From assembly GCF_006345805.1 (NCBI RefSeq), contig NC_042997.1, positions 123,008,001 to 123,072,000 of the forward strand: a DNA stretch of 64,000 bases, read 5' to 3'. The notes beneath the pieces are model-generated. The model was given only the letters and a program-made list of their open reading frames with translations, was not told the origin of the DNA and ran no database searches. Origin of the DNA: Octopus sinensis (taxonomy: Eukaryota). The translations under genes were made by a program, and so were the position numbers. Below are positions 52,847-64,000 of this stretch, piece by piece. The first letter of the stretch is position 1. Each line of letters starts with the position of its first letter.

Positions 52847-53251
52847 AGGACGTCACGAAGTGTGTAAACAACATGAAGTACGAAAACAAAACGAGATGAA
52901 TACGCAAACGACAGAAAAAAGGAAAACAGGACAAGTAACATAGAGAACGACGCTTAATCCGTTGTTGGCTGTCTATCTATTCCTCATTTCGAGCATTCAA
53001 TATGGGTCTTCGAAGACAGTTGCTCCAAACTCCTACCCTCTAGAAATCCAAAATTATATTTTGAAATTAATGGGAGTAACAATTTATTGTCATTGAATGC
53101 TCGAAATGAGGAGTAGATAGGCAGATGACAACTGACGGAGTGTCGTTCTCTGTGTTACTTGTCCTGTTTTCATTTTTTCACATCTTGTTTGCGTTGTATT
53201 TAACTCGTTTCTGTTCGTACCTTATGTTGTTTAGCCAGTTGGTGACGTCCT
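52847..53251. repeat. Diverged inverted-repeat element (arms about 155-160 bp)
   Basis: 52847-53001 vs 53092-53251 share AGGACGTCAC/GTGACGTCCT, AGGACAAGTAACA/TGTTACTTGTCCT and CCTCATTTCGAGCATTCAAT/ATTGAATGCTCGAAATGAGG. Confidence 0.82.
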
Positions 53252-53258
53252 GTACACA

Positions 53259-53375
53259 CCGAGGTCGACTTTGCATTTCATCCTTTCGGGTTCGATAAAT
53301 TAAGTAGCATTTGCGTATTGGGTCGATCTAATCAATTGGCCTCCTTCCCCAAAGTTTCGGGCCTTGTGCCTAGTG
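53259..53375 (+). mobile_element. SINE 3' fragment
   Basis: CGAGGTCGACTTTGCATTTCATCCTTTCGGG..GGTCGATCTAATC..CCCCAAAGTTTCGGGCCTTGTGCCTA; homologous to the reverse complement of 11195-11320. Confidence 0.7.
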
Positions 53376-54104
53376 TATGTATGTATTTCAGCAAACTTCT
53401 AATTACAATCTACTTAATCTCGAACTGCTATGGGAATAGGAAAAGTGACTGTGTGACTGAGACATCAGATAAACTGTATCAGTCAATGACGAAGAACACG
53501 TTCAAAGGGGGAATTCATCGGTAAAATTACCTTCGGAGCCATTATATTTTATAATTTTACAATAAGGCATGCTCTTGTATACAGAGGTAGGCATTCCCTT
53601 ACGTTAAGTTGATAACGAGAGAGTACCAAGAAATAAGTTGGAGGCGCCAAAAACCGAAACGAAATGCCAAATGCTATCCACAAGTTGGGGGCAGAAGCAG
53701 AGTGAAATGACATCTATACCATTTTTTACCTTTGGGGTAATTGCTAAAATATCGTTATATTTGTAATTCTCGAAAACAAAAACAAAAAAAAACATGAATT
53801 CTACTACTACAGTGAATCTAACACTGGGGTTTATTTCTAAAAAAAAATTATACTTTTATAAGCACAAGCATCTGTATCACATATATAATTATATACATGC
53901 ATACATACATACATATTTACATATATATATGTATATATAACAATAATACACACACACACAAGCACACGCATATATATATCATGTATTATTTCTACAAAAG
54001 ACAACATAGTCTCAAGGTATATTATATACGATTAAAAATGCCAGCATGCAGAACAGTAACATAGCTATACACAAAAGAAATTGATATGCACATGCATATA
54101 GCAA

Positions 54105-54114
54105 AATCTATGTA

Positions 54115-54169
<55 letters not shown>

Positions 54170-54268
54170 ATATATATATGTATGTATGCATATATATATG
54201 TATGTATATATATATATATATACGCATATATATATACACATATATATACATGTTTGTATATATATACG

Positions 54269-54302
<34 letters not shown>

Positions 54303-54307
54303 CACAG

Positions 54308-54352
<45 letters not shown>

Positions 54353-54357
54353 TATAC

Positions 54358-54402
<45 letters not shown>

Positions 54403-54425
54403 TACATGTATGTATGTACCTATAT
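54105..54425. repeat. Long interrupted (TA)n microsatellite
   Basis: Direct reading. Confidence 0.97.
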
Positions 54426-54692
54426 ATACGAACAAGCATACACACACCCATAGTCGTTTTCCTGTGGATTAGCTAGATGAACATATTCGCGCAGTCTTAT
54501 TTATGCAATTACAGAACCTGTAATTTTCCTCATGCGTTTCTTTCACTGAATTATATATTTCTGCAGCGCCGTTAGCTGTACGTTTCATGAGAAGCTACGA
54601 GTTAAAATTCAGAACGAATAATTCTTTGCCTTTAACAATGAAGATAATTACATCAGTGAAATAGTACTGTTCTTTCATTTTTATGCATTATC

Positions 54693-54737
<45 letters not shown>

Positions 54738-55622
54738 CTTCAACGTGTAATGGAAGTGCTTGCAAATGTCTATTTTTTTCCATTTTTATTCATCTTCAAC
54801 ACACATACACACCCACGTACTTAACGCCGCTTCATTATATCTCTCGACATTGAAAAAGAGAAATGCGCATTAGGTAATTATTTTCTATTGTCGTGTGTTC
54901 AAATCCTACACACACAACAGAACCACGCACATATAATATAAAAGTATACATATTTAGATATGGAAGAATATATAATATATAATATATGATATAGAAATAT
55001 GGAAGAAGAATATATATACGATAATGCTTGTGTATATGTATTTGTGTATATTTATACATAAGTTTGTCTCGCTCCTATGTATGCGTTTGTGTGTGTGTGC
55101 GCGTGAGAGAGAGAGAGAGAGAGAGGGAATATTTTGTGTGTGTGTGTGTATAAGAGAGAAAGTGAGAGCGTGAGAGAGTGTGTGTGTATGTGTGTGCGTG
55201 TGTGTTTTCCTGTCTTATGTTCGCATCGTTTCGACCTATGAAGATCTAACGCAGTGGAATAACATGGAATCAAAAAGAAGAACATATACCGCTTCGCAAA
55301 TCTGGAAAAATAATTACCGTAAAGATTATGAAATGCATTTCATCGTAACTTTTTTAATGTTATTCTAAACAAAATTTCATATAATAGAAACGATTGTTTC
55401 TTTATGAAACTTATTATTATAGTTTTCCCCATGTATAAAGTGATATTTATCTATTTGTGTTGTTAGAATTACTCGGATATTCCATAGAGAAGGAACACAT
55501 GTAACCAGAAGAGAGGATAAAGCGTGCAACATGCACAACACGTATTTACGCATAAATATATGTACACACAAACACAAGGCCCTCACACACACGTGTGTGT
55601 GTATCTACATTTTATGTATATA

Positions 55623-55737
55623 TGTAACTTCATCAATAAATAGAGAAATTATGTTTATATGTGTGTGTGTGTGTGTGTTTATAAATATATATATATATAT
55701 ATATGCATAAAATTGGTTTTATCTCTAATTTACATAT

Positions 55738-55769
<32 letters not shown>

Positions 55770-56082
55770 ATAAAGATAAAATATGTTAGAATATTCACAG
55801 AGATTCTTTAAATTCCTGTATTTTTAAACTTATTAAAAACTTAATCTGGTTCATATATTTCTCTGATTTTCGAAAATTGAGATATGAAGAGGTAGAACTA
55901 TGCCGCAAATTCCAAATATTTATTTGTCTAAATTTTTAGAGAGAACATGGCTCAAATATTCTCTTGTAGTTCAAATATTCTCTTGTCTAACTTTTTATGC
56001 ATATATATATATATATATATATTTATAAACCCACACACACACATATATAAACATAATTTCTCTATTTATTGATGAAGTTACA
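55623..56082. repeat. Inverted repeat, arms about 90 bp
   Basis: 55623-55712 (TGTAACTTCATCAATAAATAGAGAAATTATGTTTAT..GCATAAAA) is the reverse complement of 55993-56082. Confidence 0.9.
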
Positions 56083-56455
56083 TTATTTTTTATAATCTGT
56101 TATAATCGATCATATTCGTTTCAGATATATCTTACCGGAGGTAAGTAAACTTGTCTGTAGTATACCGGATATGAAGTATCTCAGGACCAAACAACAATAG
56201 CAACAGCGATGCTTGATATCAATTTAAAACCAAATGCCTTGAAATTGAAGTTCTTTAGTTTCTAGTATATTGAAAATATGATTTTGATGACAGATTAGGC
56301 CAATGTTAGAAATACTTGGGTAATATTTCAGACTTATGAAATATTCTTTCGTTGCATAGTAATACAGAAGAGTAGAACTACCTTTCAGGTTCTGCCGACA
56401 TTCATATTGTGACGGAATTATCTAATTTTCCATCATTCTAAACTGATATCGTAGT

Positions 56456-56690
56456 AAAAATTATTTGCCAACATTACATGGCAGTCCTGGTTTAGGACAA
56501 TGGTTACTGTAATTTAACCCCAGGACACATCATCTCCAGCTGGCTATACTACACGATCTGTGTCCTTATATTTTCGAACAAAGGAATCTTGCACCCCAAC
56601 TCAGCTCAAAACAATATCTGTGTATCGCGATTTCCGGGTTATTTCCCTTCATCAGCACAGAATAATAGTTCGGCCGATATGGTTTTGATT
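56456..56690 (-). mobile_element. Third, diverged member of the 353-bp hammerhead family
   Basis: Reverse complement shows TCGGC..ACTAT.ATT, then the HHR, then CCTTTG..AAATA..AGGACACAGA..GTGT..TAT.GCCAGCTGGAG..GTGTCCTGGGG.TAAA.TACAGTA..GCCAT..TGGCAAA, in the same order as the 353-bp unit. Confidence 0.8.
56617..56661 (-). ncRNA. Minimal type I hammerhead ribozyme (AUA triplet), A10.1/G11.1 mismatch
   Basis: TCTGTG-CTGATGA-AGGG(AAATAA)CCCG-GAAA-TCGCGA-TA-CACAGA: 6-bp helix I, intact core, palindromic helix III (ATCGCGAT). Confidence 0.8.
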
Positions 56691-56829
56691 TTTTTTCTTC
56701 ATTTGAAAGCATGTCCGTTTACATTGTTTCAGCAGAACAAAGACACACATTTGTCATAAAAGATAGTAATAAAATGTTAAAAGGAACATTTAATTTTATA
56801 AATCTGTAAAAAACTGAAGTAAACAAGTA

Positions 56830-57082
<253 letters not shown>

Positions 57083-57627
57083 AAGGAAATCATTTATGAT
57101 TACATAAATTGTTTTGATTTTTCAAAATAATGCACGTTCAGTGCAATGTTTCCACACTTAACATAATCACCGGATAAAACAAATAAGTGCCAACGGTTAG
57201 AACGTGCTTAAATTGAAATACATTTCACAAATGCTTGTTATATGTTTCGCGGAACCAATTGAGCAATTCCAGAGATATAATACAGAAGAGAAACCAACAA
57301 AAGTAAGTTATGTAATTATTTTATAATGAAAGAATTAATTCCCGGTTTTGATGTAACTTTGAAATTATTGGTTCAAGTATACTGATGTTGTACCAGTGGT
57401 TGTTGACGGCGCTCCAGCTGCTACGTTTGAATTTGTATAATATTCTAATTTGCGTTCAATTTGATTAAGCTTCGTTTAGCGTTAATTATTGTCAACTGAT
57501 TGAATAATTTTTAGTTCCTGGCAGTATAATTAATCGAATCTTAGGAATTGAAAGTATTGTACAAAATATGTCAGAAATGTCGAATAGTTGCAGTAATTAC
57601 AATTAGAAAGATTTGACAAAAGAGTGA

Positions 57628-57685
<58 letters not shown>

Positions 57686-58883
57686 ATGTGTGTGTGTGTG
57701 TGTTTATGTCTATATATCCATTCAATACAAATCATTATATTATAAACATGGATACTGAACTGTGCTGAAGAATTCTCATTTATATATTACAGAAGCACGC
57801 AGTTTGATCGACCTTCGTTCGGAAAACGATTCAATCAATATTCATTAGTTACAGTACAACCTTAAATAACGATTTATCATATGCTGTTCATTAAATCAGA
57901 AAATAGAATCACTTATTTGATTATCGTAAATACCTATAGAATTTGTAAGAAAATGGCAGATCCAAATCTACAAGAAAGGTGTCATGAAATAAAAATGGCT
58001 TAAATTAGCCGATGACCACAAACTTAATTTTCGTTGGTCTGAAAAAATACAAATCAAGTTGGTGCAATATGCAAATGGCAGACAAGAAACCAGGCACATA
58101 ACATTTTAAAATAAAATGACTGTTAATGTGTTTAATCTGATATGAAAAATGAGCAGTCTATTCAAATATAAAGTTAAGTAGATATTCGCTATACGAATAT
58201 AAAATCAAACAAAGCAGGGGGAAAAAGCAGTGTCTACAACGGAATTTTACACAATGAATTGACCATTAGAATATGAAGTGATAATAAGTAAACGTAACTA
58301 GAGTCTAAAGCGACGAATATTATCAATGTAAAAGCGGGAAACTATAGCTACTTATTCCTACATGGAGGTACGACTTAAAATCCTGGTATTTATGTGTGCC
58401 CGCGTGTTTGTAGTATATATCTGTGGTAATGGTGGTGTCTTTTTTTAAATATATATACATACCTACATACACACACACATACACACACGCGCACACGCAC
58501 ACACACACACGCACACACACACACACGTACACACACACACACGCACATATATATATATATATATATATATACACGCCAAAAGAAAATAGAGGAGATACAA
58601 AAATGACATACATCAGCGGGTAGACATTCTATTATATATATATATTATGTAATTTTTGTATCCCTCCATTTCCGTATAAATTAGGGGTAAACCACTTTTT
58701 ACCCCCGGCCTTATATGACGCTCGATTGCGAAATTGCCACGCAATAACCAGCGCTTGGGTATAAATAAATGGGCACACTATCAGCAGTATTTTGGATAGG
58801 TACTATCCTTTAGTTGGTTGGTTTCCCAGCCTCTAACTCTTAAGGAAATATATATATGTGTGTGCGCGTGCGTATGTGTGTGT

Positions 58884-58923
<40 letters not shown>

Positions 58924-58929
58924 TGGTAG

Positions 58930-60800
58930 CCTACACCTTATGCAGAGTCTGACCAGCTCCTGTACGTACACCTTAACTCATTATGTCTTTTGATGTGGTT
59001 TTTAAACCAGCCGTTGTATTGAGAAGACACCCACATACATTGCATATCTGATTTCAACAATTAGGAGCTGTATTTACGTTTTGAAGTTTGTGCATCTTAA
59101 ACTGTCTCTTCAGGTCTCCGTAAGATTTGCAGACCTTATTAGCTTACACGGGATTGAAAGGTGTGCACATATATATACGCAGAATGGTTGGTGGAGGTTC
59201 TTTCTTCGTGGCTCCGTACTTCAGACAGAACAGCTTTGCTTATTAAAAGTTGTTTGGTATATCCCCACACCGCCTTCTTTCCACCAGCCTGTTCATCTGT
59301 TACAATGATGTTCGACTCACAATTGTCCTGGAGGAATTGGTTGAGGCACCTTGTGTATAGTTTGTATATAATGTTTCGGCAAGCAAGGGTATGCAGTTTC
59401 CTGTCATTTCGGTGATTTAATTTTTGGCAACAAGATTTGTCCTTCCTCTAACACACCAATTTGGTATATCAGTCTGACCTTCCATAGTCCTTTTGAATAT
59501 ACATATCAACTGATTTCTGAAAAATGTCAGCTTCTTGTACGAATATCCAACTATTAGGTCGCTTCCAGGTGCCTTCCCATTCTGCAGTTTGCCTAATACT
59601 ATAACGAAGGTTTCTGACTCAATTTTGTATGTTTTAATGTTAGTGTTGGTACAGTATTGTCTCTCAATTTTATTTTACCATGATGCATTTAGTTTGAAAT
59701 CCCTCTTTCCGTTCCAGATTTTTTACCAGAACGATTGTAGATCTTCTTGGGAGGGAGCTTTCTTAATGATAATGTTTTCCTTCCTCATCTCTCTTTGTAA
59801 TACTTGTGGGTTGGAAGCAAACTTGCAATTGTTACTGGCTCGTTCAAAACTTCGCATGCGACAGTGCAATTTCTCGCTCATCGTCCTAAGTTCATGTTTT
59901 AAAGTGATAAGCTTTCCATCAAAAGCTCGGTGTGAAGATTGCCATAAGGTTTCATTAATTTTTGTTTAAGGTAGAGTTGGTAAGGTGTCACCACATTATT
60001 CTCCTTACATTTAATTGCTGTAGTTAACCATCCGATATGGCGGCGCACGTTGTTGATGTTTTCTTGAAGTATTGTTTTCCATCTATTTTGTCTCCATTAT
60101 GTAATTTCGTTACTTTCTTCACTGTAGATTTTTCCTAAGTGTTCTTTAAGAGTAATAGCGACTGTGTATATAAGAGTATTTATATAACTTCACATGATTC
60201 CATGTGCCCTCTAGTAAGAGCGTTGTTAACTTAAAACATTAGATCGGTCGGGTTTTTTCTCAATTTTGTTGGGAGACTAGCAAAATTTGTTGCGAATTGT
60301 AATTTTAAAATGTTTTGAGTTGGATGCATTCCATAGATGTTGCTACTGTGTCAGCTAACTTTGGAGACTCACTTGAATTTAGAGATGTTTAGTTTACATT
60401 ATATTCTAGGCTACTTTTGACAGCATTTGGCCCATTCTCAGTGTTTGGAAGGATCGAGGTTCAGTTGATTTGATTTTTTCTTTTACAAAAGATGTTTGTT
60501 GTCGGAGCTATTTCGCCGTGAAGGTATTTAACCGCTTCATGTATCTGACTGAAGGGTCATCTCGGGCTTTTTGATAGCACCGAAGTAAATCTTGGTTTAG
60601 TCGTTCAGTCTAAGTGAAATGAGAAGTGTACGTACGTCTTCTTAAATAACTTACTGGTGAAGTTGTTCTGTTTTCATCGGTGGCGACGTTGTTAGTTTCA
60701 TCTGTGGTGGTGTTAGTTTCAACTATATTCGTGTTAGCGAGAATTCACGCTGTGTAGGCGTATATCTTTAAATTGTATAGCAATTGTATATCTCCATTTT
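58930..60800 (-). mobile_element. R4/Dong-like retrotransposon 5' portion and RT start, decayed
   Basis: Minus-strand peptides LNQDLLRCYQKARDDPSVRYMKRL, NGKAPGSDLIVGYSYKKL, IPNWCVRGRTNLVAKN and EQAGGKKAVWGYTKQLLISKAVLSEVR, homologous to the RT start at 31392-31800. Boundaries are approximate. Confidence 0.75.
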
Positions 60801-60944
60801 CTATTCATTTTTATGGATTTAATATATACCCATGTGATTTGTAAGGCTTTTCTCTACGAATATGAATATTTAACAGTGAAGCCAGTGAAAGATTAATGTT
60901 TTCATACCTATTCTCCTTCTATATGCTTTAATTATAAATATATA

Positions 60945-60955
60945 GTGTGTGTGTG

Positions 60956-61008
<53 letters not shown>

Positions 61009-61030
61009 GTGTGTGTGTGGTGTGTGTGTT
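60945..61030. repeat. (GT)n microsatellite
   Basis: Direct reading. Confidence 0.97.
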
Positions 61031-61729
61031 TGCATGAGTATATAGACACATAGTTGTGTGTTGGTGCGGGCCATTTTGAACATATATGCGTGTGAGTTTT
61101 GAGCTATTATAAAACTCTATTTTAAACTTTCGCGTAAATTCTTATAACAAATATACTTTCGAGAGAAGAACGAAAGAACAATTGGACAATTTGCATGGCC
61201 ACTGGCGTAAGAATAAAAATTATTGAATGGACCCAATGTAGTACATATTATAGATCGAGAAATAGAGAATGATTTTATAGGACAGCATCATTTAGCAAGC
61301 AGCAAGAATAAGTAATCAATACAGAACATTATATGCAGCTTATCTAAAACGAGTGTTGGTAATGCGTATGACGGTTCGTCAGTGCAGACTGTAGAGGAGC
61401 GATCTTGCATTAAACTTCAAAACCAGGTGCAAATGGTAGATGAATCTTAGAAGCAAACGACATGCATTTCGCTTTGTTTTCATATAAGACAAAGAGAAAT
61501 GCATTGTAATAAAAAAAAACATTGTTCACTTGGATTTCTCATGTATCAACATGTTTATAATGAGGAAGGTTATATGTCATGGATATATTTCCTCTTGAAT
61601 ATTAGAGAGACCTGATTCGTGCGCATTAAAAGATATGACCGTGTGTTTTTGTTTGACTTCATTATTACAATTCATATTGCACAGACACATACATATATGC
61701 ATATTTATATACACACACACATACATACA

Positions 61730-61765
<36 letters not shown>

Positions 61766-61804
61766 TATATATATTATATATATATATTATATATATATAT
61801 AAAT

Positions 61805-62211
61805 ATACTATTTTACTTGTTTCAATAATTTGACTGTAGCCATGCTGGAGCACGGCCTTTAGTCGAGCAAATCGACCCGAGGACTTATTCTTTGTAAGCC
61901 TAGTACTTATTCTATCGGTCTCTTTTGCCGAACCGCTAAGTTACGGGGACGTAAACACATCATTATCTGTTGTCAAGCGATGTTGGGGATGGGACAAACA
62001 CAGACACACAAACATACACTCACACACATACATATGTATATATACATATATATGACGGGGTTCTTTCAGTTTCCGTCTACAAAATCACTCACAAGGCTTC
62101 AGTCCGGCCGAGGCTATAGTAGAAGACACTTGCCGAAGGTGCCACGCAGTGGAACTGAACCCGGAACCATGTGGTTGGTAAGCAGTTACTTACCACACAA
62201 CCACTACTACG

Positions 62212-62213
<2 letters not shown>
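61805..62213 (-). mobile_element. Full-length SINE with internal (CA/TA)n
   Basis: Reverse complement begins GGCGTAGTAGTGGTTGTGTGGTAAG..GGTTCCGGGTTCAGTTCC and ends GAAACAAGTAAAATAGTAT; homologous to 42952-43320, 30271-30520 and 3215-3345. Confidence 0.9.
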
Positions 62214-62267
<54 letters not shown>

Positions 62268-62276
62268 ATTATATAT

Positions 62277-62308
<32 letters not shown>

Positions 62309-62316
62309 ATATATAT

Positions 62317-62471
62317 AAGTACAAGGTGTGTTATGAGCATTTATAGAACACGTATCCTATAGAAACTCAACAAACAATTAAAGATGGAGAACACCTAATC
62401 TCCATCTTAATTGTTTATTGAGTTTCTATAGGATACGTGTTCTATAAATGCTCATAATTCACCTTATACTT
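62317..62471. repeat. Near-perfect hairpin palindrome (74/73-bp arms, 8-nt loop)
   Basis: 62317-62390 pairs with 62399-62471 around loop ACACCTAA, with only a few mismatches or indels. Confidence 0.93.
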
Positions 62472-62633
62472 GTAACATTTTCATATTCGAAACATAGTTA
62501 CAACAGTAAGCTACCAATGAAATATGATGAATCGTTATTAGCAATCGTCCTTTGGAATCTCAGAAAATAAAGGATGAAATAAACTCAGCCTTTTCTCATA
62601 TATATATATATACATACACACATATGCACACAC

Positions 62634-62699
<66 letters not shown>

Positions 62700-62973
62700 A
62701 AGGATAAAATTAGTTAATTAATTAATTATTTATAATTTTACCAAGTTGTTCGGTATGTTAAAAGAACCATTATCGGTAAACTTATACAAAAATTATGTAA
62801 TTATGAGTATATTTATAATTTGGGTTCAACAAAATTTGCTTCACCACATGCCGAAATTTAGACATAGAAGTTAAACTATTATTTTACAACCTTAAGATAT
62901 CTCCCAGACAGCAATACTCAATAAATCACGCAGGTAAAAAGAAAAAAATACCGAATCTCCTCGACACTGATTA

Positions 62974-63056
62974 ACTGTATACGCGTTTCGGAGTTAGAGA
63001 GAAGTGAAAAATGTAAAATCATATTTCTACTCACTCATTCTCCTCATTAGTACAGT
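62974..63056 (-). ncRNA. Type I hammerhead ribozyme with long helix II and G5A core mutation (probably inactive)
   Basis: Minus strand ACTGTA-CTAATGA-GGAG..CTCC-GAAA-CGCG-TA-TACAGT: 6-bp helix I, G10.1-C11.1 pair, palindromic helix III (ACGCGT), GUA triplet; core reads CUAAUGA instead of CUGAUGA. Confidence 0.8.
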
Positions 63057-63404
63057 ATTTCAAGATTGTAAATTTCAGAGCACTGATAATTAACATACGT
63101 ATTTGACCAAAAGTCATCATACAGCATATATCCAAAGACCAGTACTTCCGAATTCAAACAGACAATTTGTACACATAGATTAGTAAACAGAGAGAAGACA
63201 TGCTAAATAGGGAAGTTAAAATCCAAACCTGAAAACAGAACGTGGTTTGGGGTGTAACTGCCCTTTTCAGCATGTAAGAAATCACGTCAAGTGTCTTCGC
63301 TCTGTGCATAAATCTTTATACGCTCAAATATATATACATGCCTCTTATTACGCATGCGAACCACTGTCAATAAATTAATTTTATTTTTTACCCACACATT
63401 TCCA

Positions 63405-63451
<47 letters not shown>

Positions 63452-63455
63452 CATA

Positions 63456-64000
63456 CACGGTGCGTAAGGTATTTGAGGACAGATTTATGTTTATAAAAAC
63501 AGATATATAAGTATATTAAAAATTCTGAGGAATAAAATAAACATTCTTTTCTATAATGTTTTTCAATAAAGCCCCCATCATCTTCAACAGCTGTTTCTAT
63601 ATGAGATCTAAATCACCTACATGCTCGAATCAAGTGGTCCTGGTTCACTTTGGACATTACTCTGACTATGGCAGCTTTTAAAGTAACTTTGGTGTAATGG
63701 GCTTGTTCATGTACGTTTCTCCGCATGTAATGTTCTATTGGACTGAGGTCTGGAGAATTAGGAGGCCAAGTGTTATAGCTACGTGATCGTGAACATTTCT
63801 AACCATCAATTCCTGTGTCAATAGAGCCATACTGCAGAGTGTATCTATCCAGAGTTTAAAAATTCTTTCCAGGACCACAACGTAGGCGACGGTGTTAACC
63901 TTATGCCTTGTGGAAAGAAGTAAGGGGGGCATCACATGTCCTTCATTGCTGACAACCCTTTAAACCATGACAGTTGCAGGAAATGTTATGTGCATAACAC
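63456..64000 (-). mobile_element. Tc1/mariner (maT/DD37D-like) remnant, 3' half with TIR, runs off the window
   Basis: Peptides GHVMPPLLLSTRHKVNTVAYVVVLE and WPPNSPDLSPIEHYM are homologous to 7690-8140. The TIR TA|CACGGTGCGTAAGGTATTTGAGGACA matches the terminus at 8625-8650. Confidence 0.85.

Overview
AT-rich eukaryotic DNA, most likely cephalopod (Octopus-like; inferred from the SINE, LINE and microsatellite repertoire, not verified). I found no protein-coding host gene I can support. The window holds one intact tRNA-Gly(GCC) gene, many microsatellites, tRNA-derived SINEs, a CR1-clade LINE fragment, four R4/Dong-like RLE non-LTR retrotransposon fragments, two Tc1/mariner remnants, a decayed hAT transposase and several long inverted repeats. 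The main hidden signal is a set of self-cleaving type I hammerhead ribozymes (HHRs), all read by eye. (i) A 353-bp tandem repeat (2.07 units, 22394-23123) carries a perfect minimal HHR in each unit, the architecture of a circRNA-forming non-LTR retrozyme. (ii) Two diverged relatives at 25.4 kb and 56.5 kb show compensatory base changes, and the 25.4 kb copy is circularly permuted. (iii) An 872-bp foldback element (51001-51872) has an intact HHR with a long helix II in each 170-bp arm. (iv) A further HHR with a G5A core mutation lies at 62974-63056. Retrozymes and Penelope-associated HHRs are a known class in metazoans; whether these particular families are described cannot be determined without a database search.
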